A stretch of DNA of 64,000 bases. Origin: Candidatus Bathyarchaeota archaeon (GTDB lineage Archaea > Thermoproteota > Bathyarchaeia > Bathyarchaeales > Bathycorpusculaceae). The stretch lies in NCBI GenBank assembly GCA_963827165.1, contig CAWGZR010000006.1, positions 32,001-96,000 on the forward strand, given 5' to 3'. Within the stretch, counting starts at the first letter, position 1, and every line of letters starts with the position of its first letter. Shown here piece by piece: positions 30,401-39,673 of the stretch. The notes beneath the pieces were generated by a model. It was not told the origin of the DNA and ran no database searches. It saw nothing but the letters and a program-made list of their open reading frames with translations. A program made the position numbers and the translations under genes.

Positions 30401-30704
30401 CTTCACAAACATCCAAAGCACACAAATTATAACGGCAACATTCACACTAATACCCAACTCAACCTCAGCACCAAATGACACGCCGACACCTGCACATACC
30501 ACTTCGCCTAAACCTACAACATCGCCCACTCCAACAGCAACACCAAACGCTGCTCCAACTTCCAGTACGCCTGATTCGCCTAACAAAGCTCAATCAAGCA
30601 ATGCTCAAGAGATAACCTACGGAATAACGGCAGCGGTAATTGCCGTTGCAATTGCTTCAATAGCCGCATTTGTATTACGAAAAAACATAGAACACAAAAA
30701 CTAA
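27417..30704 (+). CDS. Surface protein: polysaccharide deacetylase (CE4) domain, Ig/PKD-like repeats, TM anchor
   Basis: TIAFDDG, EIGSHSVDH, FAYPYG, IFFH motifs; repeated DQGQTS.L...YTYQW modules; PT linker; C-terminal TM. Confidence 0.92.
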   Translation: MKKVQRPLKIFVISIIMITMLTTGIFCPAKLTKAQQTSSGVVTIAFDDGDQDQYNYAYPLLQQYGMAGTFYVITGFLGTSGYMTVPELQTMQANGSEIGSHSVDHPDFTQISDSQINEECNESQQFLQSNGLSAVNFAYPYGDANSHTDSIVLQYYRSARYSYQSNWLNPISPSTDIPMGFAGEAASVTTALSQDEAAVDQAIATNSWVIIFFHHVVPAANVASYLPYGIDTTDFSTLLSYIANARVASGLKVLTINQALNLGSIYPPSTSNKVVVSPSSPNMDTGQSETFAASAWGGTSPYKYHWYFNGQNVGANSPNFTFDSSSVGSFPLYVNVTDSSKTPLTIESRTLTIQVNSALATPTLSIDLDTVDQGQTSTLTSTDITGTGTNPYTYQWMQKAPGDSSFSTINNANSPSYNFVTDSATTTGAWNFKLQVTDSADSPSTTTSKAVTVTVSPALATPTAYASLGTIDQGQTSSLTSTDITQTGTSPYTYQWMQQSPGDYSFSIINNAKTNNYDFVTDDDTATGTWNFELQVTDSADSPVTLISNEVTVVVNPTLSTPAINANSGSVDQGQTSTLTSTDITGTGTNPYTYQWMQKAPGDSSFSTINNANSPSYNFVTDSATTTGAWNFKLQVTDSADSPSTTTSKAVTVTVSPALATPTAYASLGTIDQGQTSSLTSTDITQTGTSPYTYQWMQQSPGDGSYYAISKAISSNYSFETSGSTITGSWSFELQVTDSVGTVVNSSPVTIMVSSALVAPTVSASADTLDQGQTSTLSSTDISTGTSLYTYQWFAKALGDGSYSAMSDASAPSYYFDTSKSTTTGAWSFMLQVTDATGVAVNSTAVVVTVNTAPAVNVSPTSQTIYVGQSQTLTATASYGSSDLTYQWYLNNNPIGTNSSTYNYTPDNAGSASIYVILIDSATNPQTATSNTAKIIINALTITTTAGTGGTITPSGIVSVNYGSNQTFNITPNTGYTTTQVTVNGNPIGSASSYTFTNIQSTQIITATFTLIPNSTSAPNDTPTPAHTTSPKPTTSPTPTATPNAAPTSSTPDSPNKAQSSNAQEITYGITAAVIAVAIASIAAFVLRKNIEHKN
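28525..29518. repeat. Exact intragenic direct repeat, 394 bp (28525-28918 = 29125-29518)
   Basis: Lines read identical at offset 600. Confidence 0.9.
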
Positions 30705-30921
30705 GACATAAGGAAGCGAGAGAACGAGGCAACACGACATAATCGGTCTTAAGCCACAGGTAATCACACTCAGGACAACACAAACAAAATCATACAAACA
30801 TAGTCACGACTGACGACAAAGAAAACTCGTAAAAAACGTTCAAAAAAAACACAGACGAGTGAAGCTTTCGAAAGCCTAACCCTTACACGTCTGCCAAAAT
30901 TTATTAAAAAAAGATTTGACT

Positions 30922-32529
30922 TTATTGCTGCACTGATTCTGAGTTAAGAGATCGCGTTTGACTTTTACTGATTTTTTCCATTAAAGCCAAGGGGATCTCT
31001 AGTATTTTGGAGATTACTCCTGAACTGGAAAAAATATTCCTAAGATTATTAATGTCTTCTCGACTTATTGCCCCTGAGAGCGGGGTAACAATTAAAAAGA
31101 CCCCGAAAAATAGAGCAAGACCAGTTAAAAGTTGAACCCAATAAGCCATGTCGAGAAAATGCAAAAAGACGAAAGCAACCGCGGCCGCAATTAACGACGA
31201 TAGAAAAATTTTTGCGGAAGATTTAAAATCTATTACGGTTTCGTATTTTTTCCATATCCAAAATAATCCGATAAACATGCTAGGTAAGCCGTCAGTTAGT
31301 GAGACTATTATCACGCCGATTATACCCAACTCGGGAATTAAAATAAATGCTAATGGGATGCCTATCAAAATGTTCAACAAGTTTAGTTTCATATAAAATT
31401 TGGTTTCGCCCAATGCAGGAATTAGACTATACATGCTCAAGTTCCCGAAAACAGTATACAGGTAACCCGCAACGCTTAGACTTAGAAGGGGAGCAGCATA
31501 ACTCCATTTGTCTCCGTAAAGTGTGCCAATAAGTGATTTTGACAGTACGATACCTGCTAAGGTCACAGGAATTAACAAAATCGCTGTGTATTTCGCAGAT
31601 GAGGCAAAAATTGTTTTAAGCAGCTTCCTTTCTTTTTCTGGATTTATTTTTGAGAAAGCTGGGAACATGACAGTCGATATAGGAATTGAGAAGAAGGTCA
31701 CAAAGACCGCAAAGTTTGTTGCAATTCTATAATTGCCTATTATTGAAGCGCTACAAAAGATAGCCATCATGAAAGAATAAAACTGAGTGAGTATTCCGGC
31801 AATTATGGTAGAAATAGCAAGTGGAATTCCAAATTTTAACATTGGTTTAAGCGTTTGAAATAGATCAAACTTGAAAGCAAATTGAGAGTCGAGTCTTCTG
31901 AAAATAGCAAAATAAAGCAGAAAAACCGAAATCACGGCGGATGCGACTGATCCAATCGTGTAGCCTGTTGCGGCACCCACGGCTCCAAACCCAAAATAAA
32001 CCAGTACTGCAGACAAAATACTCTGCACTAATGCCTGACAGATCATTGTGTAGCTACTTAGCTTCATACGTTCGAAACCTGTAAAAACGCTTTGGGCTGC
32101 GCCTGCGAATGCAGACGATAAAATTGTAATTGATATAAGTGCAATTAGAAAAGCAGTTTCGGGTTTTCCAAAGATAAAAGTCGCTACGAAACTTGCTGTC
32201 AACAGTGATATTATTGTCAAAAGCAAACCGGTTCCTACCTCAAAGGTCATACCGGCTATAATTATTCCTCGCAGGTCACTCTCTCTGTTTTCGGCTCGGC
32301 TTTGAGAGCAAAACTTGGTCATAGCTGCGCCTACGCCCCAATCTTGAAAAAGAAGAAAAGTCGAGATCGGAATTGCAGCGATGGTGTACAGACCGTAAGC
32401 TGTCGGGAGTATAAAGAGACCAACAATTATCGTTCCAACTGCCAGAAAAATGGTTGAAAATGTTCGCCCTAGAAACAAATGAAAACTTCCAACTGCAGAA
32501 GTGTGACCCATCTCTGCTGCCTTAGCCAT
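30922..32529 (-). CDS. Oligosaccharide flippase (Wzx/MOP family)
   Basis: About 14 TM segments, YGLY, FPAFSK, LYG.KW..A motifs. Confidence 0.9.
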   Translation of the reverse strand: MAKAAEMGHTSAVGSFHLFLGRTFSTIFLAVGTIIVGLFILPTAYGLYTIAAIPISTFLLFQDWGVGAAMTKFCSQSRAENRESDLRGIIIAGMTFEVGTGLLLTIISLLTASFVATFIFGKPETAFLIALISITILSSAFAGAAQSVFTGFERMKLSSYTMICQALVQSILSAVLVYFGFGAVGAATGYTIGSVASAVISVFLLYFAIFRRLDSQFAFKFDLFQTLKPMLKFGIPLAISTIIAGILTQFYSFMMAIFCSASIIGNYRIATNFAVFVTFFSIPISTVMFPAFSKINPEKERKLLKTIFASSAKYTAILLIPVTLAGIVLSKSLIGTLYGDKWSYAAPLLSLSVAGYLYTVFGNLSMYSLIPALGETKFYMKLNLLNILIGIPLAFILIPELGIIGVIIVSLTDGLPSMFIGLFWIWKKYETVIDFKSSAKIFLSSLIAAAVAFVFLHFLDMAYWVQLLTGLALFFGVFLIVTPLSGAISREDINNLRNIFSSSGVISKILEIPLALMEKISKSQTRSLNSESVQQ

Positions 32530-33200
32530 GTCACTTTCGCCCGTAATAATTCCCCCATTCAGATCCTAAGAGTTAACAGAAACCTTTAACATGTTTTTTG
32601 TTAGTATACAAGCTTTCTGTACAAATTTTTCCAATTCCAGCACTGATTCCTCCAGCTTTATGCATAGAAATTCTTTGAAATACCCAAAGGCTAATCAATT
32701 CAAATCTTTGATTAATTTGTTCTTTTTCTGAAGCGAATAAAGGTTATTTTTCTTAGATAAGCGGGTACTTTTACGAACCAATGTGAAACAAATTTTACGA
32801 AAGCAAATAAAAGATAGTATTTTTGGGGCATGATAAGAAATATGAAGTTATGAGTGCAAGAATTAAATCTCAGATCGGCAAAATTAAGGTCATGAACGGA
32901 CACTGTTAGATAAATATAATTTCTAATTAGAAACACAAGTCAAATCAGGGTAATGTTTGAAGGAAATTACTAAAGAAAACCGGAAAAAGTAAAAAAGAGA
33001 CTTCACACAAGTCAAAGTTTGATGCAGCAAGGGGAGTTGGTCGGAAACCCCAAATTTGTGCTTTCCCGGAGAAAACTTAAGTTGTCTAATCTAAAAAAAT
33101 TCACGAAAGCTTTTGGTACTTTAGTACTTGGAGTCCATTCTCGGTCCGCTTTTCCTTTGAAAGAACCTAGAGTTTTCAATACAAAAGGAGAAATCTTCTC

Positions 33201-34091
33201 ATTATTTCAATTTTAGTTTGTGTGTTTAACGACCAGAACCATATTCGAAAATGCGTTAGTTCAATTTTGAACCAAACGATGGAGAATTTTGAAATAATAA
33301 TAGTTGATGATGCTTCCACCGATAAAACATCCGAAGTAATTAGGAGTTTCAAAGATGCAAGGATACGCTACTACAGAAATGAAAAGAAAGTGGGAATTGC
33401 TCAAAGTAGAAACAGGTGTATTAAGTTAGCCGCAGGAGACATTCTGTTTTTCACTGACAGCGATTGCATTGTTTCGAAAGACGGGCTTAAAAAAGGCCTT
33501 TTGCCATTTGCCCACCAAAATTGCATTGGGACAGAAGGAAAAACTGTCTATGTTGCCCCGGGATACCAACCCACTTTTTCTTATAGAATTGTTGAGAACC
33601 ACGAACCAGGACATTACATGACATGCAATATAGCGTACAGACGAAACGTTTTTGAGACCATTGGGTACTTTGATGCGCGTTTTAACCGAAATAGCGACAG
33701 AGACTTCGGTTTTCGGGCAATAAAGTTAGGTAAAATATGTTTCAGTACAGATATGCTAGTTTTTCACCAGCAAAGCATTTTCACTCCCATGCAATTTGTG
33801 CGTTGGGGAAGGAATATAGAGAATTGGGTTTTGCTTTTCAAGTTACACAATGATACAAGTTTCTTTGGAGAAAACTGGAAACAAAGCAAAAAGTCTATTT
33901 TTGTACCTTTGGTTTTCCCAGAACGCTTAATCGGCATTTTTTTTCCACCTTTAATTTTGGTTAGTCTCGCTAGACATCGATTCAAGACTAAAACTGACTT
34001 TAATTTGATTCCGTATATTTATTTTCAAATAATCCACGAAAGATTACGATTATGGCAAATGTGCGCAAAACAAAGAGTCTTAATGATTTAG
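33201..34091 (+). CDS. Glycosyltransferase family 2 (start uncertain: ATT 33201/33204 or GTG 33222)
   Basis: IIVDDASTD, SRN, FFTDSDC, FDARF...DRDF. The conserved first strand ISILVCVFN lies upstream of GTG 33222. Confidence 0.88.
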   Translation: MISILVCVFNDQNHIRKCVSSILNQTMENFEIIIVDDASTDKTSEVIRSFKDARIRYYRNEKKVGIAQSRNRCIKLAAGDILFFTDSDCIVSKDGLKKGLLPFAHQNCIGTEGKTVYVAPGYQPTFSYRIVENHEPGHYMTCNIAYRRNVFETIGYFDARFNRNSDRDFGFRAIKLGKICFSTDMLVFHQQSIFTPMQFVRWGRNIENWVLLFKLHNDTSFFGENWKQSKKSIFVPLVFPERLIGIFFPPLILVSLARHRFKTKTDFNLIPYIYFQIIHERLRLWQMCAKQRVLMI

Positions 34092-34291
34092 TTCGAGTTC
34101 ATGTCGATTGTCTTTATCATTCAATACAAGTTTTTTGAAAACTCGCTTTGTTGGCTTCAAATGATTCCCAGATTTTAGGCATTTTAAGTGTGGCATATAC
34201 GCCGCAAAACAAATACTTCATTATAATGGATCGTTAAAATAACCATATTTGGATAACGGTATAATCACAATTCTGATTGATAAGCTATATC

Positions 34292-35254
34292 TCAATTAGG
34301 CGAATGTTCTTCGAAAAATTTTAGAAAGTGATCGTGAAGAAATCGGGGATGGTACCCAAATTCTGTGGCCCATTTAACACTGAATTTATAATAGTTTTCT
34401 ACATCGACAATTGCAGGGTGCAAGGTACTGTTCGCTTTTTTAAGAGGGGATGTAACAGTCAAAACATTGATTCTTTGAAGATATCTAAGATGTTTAAGCA
34501 ATAGTTCGAATTTATCAAATAAGCAAGATATTTCTGCAGGATTCCTTGCGGGAAGCTGAATGAGTTTTTCGGGATTAAGTTTGCCCCCATTAAATTTAGA
34601 GTAATAGATCAAGTCCCAATCAGACGTGTTAACAAGTTTACTAGGATGGATAGTTAACACCGATACCTTTCTTTTCATTATAAATTTTTGTAGGTGAAGG
34701 TGCTTACGGAAACCGCCTCGCCAGTCGTCAGGAAAAAGTGGATAAGGATAAAATGTTACATCTCGGTAAGCAATTAGATCTGAGGATAACTTGGCGGAAA
34801 AATCATAACTAATTCCAAAAGTTTTTAGGGCATCAAGATGTGGGGGACTCCAGCAGTAGCCAGGAGCCCTAAAAGAAACTATATGTTTCTTAGGGAAAAG
34901 AGCTTGTAAAGCATGTATCCCGCCTGCACCCTCAATCGCACCTGTCAAAGGATTAATGTGAGCAGTCTCCCGGATAAGTGATGTTTGATATGCCTCATCG
35001 TAACTGTTTAAATCAGTAAATTCAAATAACGTAGGATGAACAGAATGACTTGAAGTATGATAACCAATTTGATGCTCATTTAGAAGCTCCGTCGTTTTAG
35101 GGAAAATACTCAACAGCTCAGCCATATGCCCTGTTACGAAGAAAAGTGCTTGCAAATCATGCTTCTTCAAAAGTTCTAAGACACGATTCAAAGCCAGAAC
35201 TGAGTTTTCGCTGACGAAATCCTCCGTGTCGAAGGTTAAATAAAGACTATGCAT
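34292..35254 (-). CDS. Polysaccharide deacetylase family protein
   Basis: LTFDTED, FFVTG, IGYHTSSH, SFRAPG, TIHP. Confidence 0.88.
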   Translation of the reverse strand: MHSLYLTFDTEDFVSENSVLALNRVLELLKKHDLQALFFVTGHMAELLSIFPKTTELLNEHQIGYHTSSHSVHPTLFEFTDLNSYDEAYQTSLIRETAHINPLTGAIEGAGGIHALQALFPKKHIVSFRAPGYCWSPPHLDALKTFGISYDFSAKLSSDLIAYRDVTFYPYPLFPDDWRGGFRKHLHLQKFIMKRKVSVLTIHPSKLVNTSDWDLIYYSKFNGGKLNPEKLIQLPARNPAEISCLFDKFELLLKHLRYLQRINVLTVTSPLKKANSTLHPAIVDVENYYKFSVKWATEFGYHPRFLHDHFLKFFEEHSPN

Positions 35255-35308
35255 TGTTTTTCCTTCAAAAAGTCACGCCGAATATTCTAAAGGCCAATCA
35301 AGAAAATG

Positions 35309-36496
35309 CTAATTTCCGAAAGAATGATAGACATCATTTACTCTTGATGCGATCACACTGATATCATGTTCTTTAACGCTTTTCATTCCATTTGAAGCAA
35401 GAGTCTTTTGAAGTGTTCTGTCATTAAATAAATTAATTAACGAAGCAGCCAATTGCTCAGAGTTTCCCGGTTGCACTAAAAGACCATTCTCGCCATCGGA
35501 AATTAGTTCTTTCATGATTCCATATGCCGGGGCTACAACGGCTAGACCTGCGGCCCATGCTTCAAGGGTGGCGATATAGCCGCTTTTAGTTCCAATAAAA
35601 ACATCGCTACTCCACAGGAACCGCCTAACGTCGCTTTTCGCGCCAACCAACGAAACAGAATCACTAAGACTCAAATCTTTGACTAAATTGCTGACAGACT
35701 TATAAAGCGGACCATCCCCAACAATTTGAAGGCTTGCGGAAGGCACCTTTTCTTTAACTACTGCAAAAGCGCGGACAGGAGTTAATGGGTCCTTGCCGGC
35801 ATCAAGTCGACCAACCGTAATTGCTCTAGTCCCCAAATTATTTGCGGACGAAATCGGGCGATAAAAGGATTTCACCTTAATGAAATTAGGAAGTAGAATA
35901 GTTTTCTTACCTAGACCTAATTCTTCAATCAAATCTAATACATCTGTTGAAAAAGTTGTTATTGCACTAGCTTGTTTAAAAACCTGTAATATAACGGGAT
36001 TTCTAAGAGGCATCGCATAAGAATCGTTTGGATCAACTGAATCGCCATGAAGAGAAATTACTAAAGGTCTATGAAAATGTTGACTTAACAACATTGCGAG
36101 AACTGGAAAACGTGGCCTCCAAAGACCGTGAAGGTGAAAGACATCCACTTTATCCATTTCTGGAATTCGAATTGCTTCCTTGAGCAAGCTCTTTATGAGA
36201 AGATCATCTAAAATCTTGAACTCAGTATGGGTTATTTTTTGAGAAGCATTTCTTAAATAACTTGAGAAAGTTGGTCCCAATCTATGCAGTTCTATGCTAT
36301 TAATTCTTTGGCACTTTGGCAGCTTATATTTCATAGGAAAAGGAATATTAGATCGATCAGTAAGCATTAGAAAACTCAAACTCGAATCATGTTTTAATAG
36401 AAAATCAGACAAATTTAATACATATTTTTCCAAGCCGCCTGAACCGGTGGGAAAGAAGTTGTGCCAAAGATGACAGATTCGCATTATTTCAATCAC
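35309..36496 (-). CDS. Glycosyltransferase family 4
   Basis: GGLE, VGRL...K, IVGDGP, LEAWAAG, ENGLLV. Confidence 0.9.
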   Translation of the reverse strand: MIEIMRICHLWHNFFPTGSGGLEKYVLNLSDFLLKHDSSLSFLMLTDRSNIPFPMKYKLPKCQRINSIELHRLGPTFSSYLRNASQKITHTEFKILDDLLIKSLLKEAIRIPEMDKVDVFHLHGLWRPRFPVLAMLLSQHFHRPLVISLHGDSVDPNDSYAMPLRNPVILQVFKQASAITTFSTDVLDLIEELGLGKKTILLPNFIKVKSFYRPISSANNLGTRAITVGRLDAGKDPLTPVRAFAVVKEKVPSASLQIVGDGPLYKSVSNLVKDLSLSDSVSLVGAKSDVRRFLWSSDVFIGTKSGYIATLEAWAAGLAVVAPAYGIMKELISDGENGLLVQPGNSEQLAASLINLFNDRTLQKTLASNGMKSVKEHDISVIASRVNDVYHSFGN

Positions 36497-36726
36497 TTTT
36501 CTACTTGTTCAAACTAAGTTTTCCTACTTATTAAGGCAATAGCATTTAGAATAATAATATCAATAAAATCTCAATAAACCGTCCAGCTTCTACACCAATT
36601 CAGAGGAGTCTGAGCTGTAGCTATTGCCGACAAACAAAATGGCTACTTAAGAGAAGAAACTCTTAATACTTTATCCTAAAAATATTTCCCTAAAACGAAA
36701 ACAACCGGGGAAAAAACAGTGATTTC

Positions 36727-37917
36727 CTAAGAACATGTTTCGATGACAGCCTCTAAAACTTTTTTCCTTTGTCCCTCAGCTAAAGACAGAACTTGTTCTC
36801 GGTTTTGCAAGCCCATTTCGGCCAATTTATCTTTGTTTAAGCTCAATAATTGACTCAATTTGGCTGCCAAGTCATGGGGATCAAGATAAGTATACTCATG
36901 TGGTAGCAAATCCCCACGCGAACCAAAATTGTCTGAGAGTACAACAAGCCCGGCCATAGCGTAGTCATATTTTCTTTCGTTTGTCCCACCTTTATGAACA
37001 CCCACATTTATACCGAGCCAAGATTTACTAAGAATTGTAAAATAATCTATTTTGGTTGAAACGTAGTCATAATGTTGAAGCTCAACATTTTTTGGGGTGC
37101 GTTGCGAGTCTATTCCAATCAGATTAACTTTTATTTTTTTATTAATAAAGGATAGCGCTCTGAAGATTTCTTCGATGGATCTATTGACGCTATCTCCCCA
37201 ATGAGCACGCAGGACAATGCTTATGCTTGGCTCCTGGTCCTTGTCCGCCGGCTTAAATTCTGCAATTGGATAAATATTAGGATAAAAAATCACTTTTTTT
37301 GCACCCATTTCTAAATATTTAAGCTGGTCTCTTTCGCTGCAAGCTACAACCAAATCGGATAAGGCAACCGCATCGCGTTCCAACTTGTACATTAGTGTTT
37401 TTGTTACAACGTTATTCCCGAAATTGAAATGATCGTAAGCAACATCTTGAGACACATAAACAATCGACCCAAATAGTTTAAGGCTTTTTAAATTGACAAT
37501 GTTTATGCTAACGAATTCATCTATTAAGAAAATTTTTGGAGAGTTTGTTTTTCTCAAGAAAGCCATCAAGAGATTTGTTCGAACAGGTTTATCAAAATAT
37601 TCTCCTAAAGCTTGAGAAAGACTAGACAAGAAGCCTTCAACGAACAAGACATTTGAGCGCTTTGTTCGCAAAAACCGCTTTATTAGTCCATCACGCACAC
37701 TCGCAGGACTTCGAACCAACATGAGAAAGTAATGAATAAAATTGCCGGAAGCAGAAGCGGCCAAAGCAACTTCTTGTTTTGACCATTTCTCTTCAAATCG
37801 AGAATCAGCGCGTCTATAAACATAAAAAAAATCTCCATTCGAATTCAGGTTAAAAGACTTAACTACGAAATCCATCTTTAATGAAAGTTTTCCGCCATCA
37901 TTAATGACAATTATCAC
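36727..37917 (-). CDS. Hypothetical protein, divergent GT-B-like glycosyltransferase
   Basis: SDLVVACSERD, YPN, KYDYAMAGLVVLS resemble a GT4 C-terminal motif; cluster context. Confidence 0.6.
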   Translation of the reverse strand: MIIVINDGGKLSLKMDFVVKSFNLNSNGDFFYVYRRADSRFEEKWSKQEVALAASASGNFIHYFLMLVRSPASVRDGLIKRFLRTKRSNVLFVEGFLSSLSQALGEYFDKPVRTNLLMAFLRKTNSPKIFLIDEFVSINIVNLKSLKLFGSIVYVSQDVAYDHFNFGNNVVTKTLMYKLERDAVALSDLVVACSERDQLKYLEMGAKKVIFYPNIYPIAEFKPADKDQEPSISIVLRAHWGDSVNRSIEEIFRALSFINKKIKVNLIGIDSQRTPKNVELQHYDYVSTKIDYFTILSKSWLGINVGVHKGGTNERKYDYAMAGLVVLSDNFGSRGDLLPHEYTYLDPHDLAAKLSQLLSLNKDKLAEMGLQNREQVLSLAEGQRKKVLEAVIETCS

Positions 37918-38164
37918 TTAAAATCAACCCCCAAAGACATGAAATAGCTATCACCGTTATCAGGCTTACTAAGTCTAAACAACCAAGCAATCATTTGTTT
38001 TATTCTACCAAACACATGTCTAAATTGAGCAGCATTTAATGTACCAAAAATCTTGAGTATTTCTTCAAAGACTGCAAGAATCAACTAAAGAGCATATTCG
38101 GTTTTGTAATCATCGAAACCACTTTAATTTTTGCCGCAGTTAATGTGATGCCGACTTTTGTATG

Positions 38165-39031
38165 TTAAATTACGAAAACTCGCTCTTTTATGCACATTTT
38201 CCATAATTGCAAACGTTCAGAAATCGCAAAAACATAGGTAAAAGGCACCAATTTGTAGTCATCAGAGCTTTCAAATTTGTTATTAAAGAGACTTGCAAAA
38301 ACTGCAGGCGGACAAAGTATTTTGAACAAGTCAAACGGAAAAGCAATGCGGCCCGCAATGCATTCTTTGTCGTTATACTTCTTGAATAAGCGCACTCTGT
38401 ATTTTGAGTGGGAAGCTGACTCAACGAACTTTTTTGGCGTTTGAGTTACTCGAGGGTGATATGCGATCATTTCTGGACTGAAACAAATTTCGCCCAAACG
38501 CATGATTTTAAAGGCAATGTCCCTATCTTCAAAATAACGCAGTTCTTCATCAAAACCGCCAACTGCTTGGATAACCTTCTTTTTGTAAGCAATGCTACCA
38601 GTCATGAATTTGTTTCCGTGCTTGTTCTCCATAACGTAATCTGAAAATGTTGGCTGATAATCTCTTGCCACATAATAAATTGCTCCTTCTACTGCAACGC
38701 AACTATTGTTCTTGAAATACTTCATTCCTTCTTCAATCCAATTTTCAGATATGGTACAATCGCCGTCGGTGAAAAAGATATACTCTCCTGATGCTTTTTT
38801 CAGTCCTTTGTTCCTGCTTGCGGATATACCGAGCCTTTTTTCGTTCCTAAAATATTTTATTCTCCTATCATTAAATGCGTCAACTATATTCGCAGTATTA
38901 TCGCTGCTTTGATCGTCAATTATTATAAGCTCAAATTCAGAAAAGGATTGACATAGGATCGAATTGATGCATGCCTTTACGTAGTTTTCCTCGTTCCTGA
39001 CACATATGACGACGCTAACGCCTTCGTTCAT
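38165..39031 (-). CDS. Glycosyltransferase family 2 (paralog of 33201-34091)
   Basis: VSVVICVRN, IIDDQSSD, FFTDGDC, GGFDE...EDRD. Confidence 0.92.
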   Translation of the reverse strand: MNEGVSVVICVRNEENYVKACINSILCQSFSEFELIIIDDQSSDNTANIVDAFNDRRIKYFRNEKRLGISASRNKGLKKASGEYIFFTDGDCTISENWIEEGMKYFKNNSCVAVEGAIYYVARDYQPTFSDYVMENKHGNKFMTGSIAYKKKVIQAVGGFDEELRYFEDRDIAFKIMRLGEICFSPEMIAYHPRVTQTPKKFVESASHSKYRVRLFKKYNDKECIAGRIAFPFDLFKILCPPAVFASLFNNKFESSDDYKLVPFTYVFAISERLQLWKMCIKERVFVI

Positions 39032-39673
39032 TTTTTTCAACCAACCTTTAAGCAAACTTAACTTATTACATTTACTGACGCTAACTTCATGTCATTAATC
39101 AAGTTCAAATATGTTTAGCAGCTACTTGAAATAGTGGAAATAGACCGCAAAAACTAAAACACTCTCGCAGAAAAGCAAATAGCCAGTTTTCGCTAAAATA
39201 ACAGCATCTGCCGCAAACCGGGCAAAACTAGAGCAAAAAACAAAAACAAATTAACCCTACCTTTATGCATACGCAGAAACCACAAGTCTTATCAAGAATT
39301 CTTTGAAAACGCATAGTTAAACAATAAAACGTCAAAGAAAAGAAAGAGGCACAACATTTTGGGACTTGATATTGTTTTATCCAAAACCGGCTAAACTCAC
39401 AAGATACTCATTTCGATTTGTCCAAGGGGGATGGAACGCCTAGTATTCGACTTCACCGCTTATTTTCAAAGCTGACAGTATTCACTTTTGTGTTTTTCGA
39501 TTAGAGTCAGAGAGCATGCGCTTGCTATGGATATGATTTAACTTCGCAAAGCTTGTCAAGTTGACTTCGCAAGGTTTCGCTAAAGTTGACAAGTCACGTC
39601 AATGAGTTTTTCAAAAACCTATAAAACAGATTCAAGGAATATGACGTTTCAAAAGCTAAGAAGAGAGAGGAAA

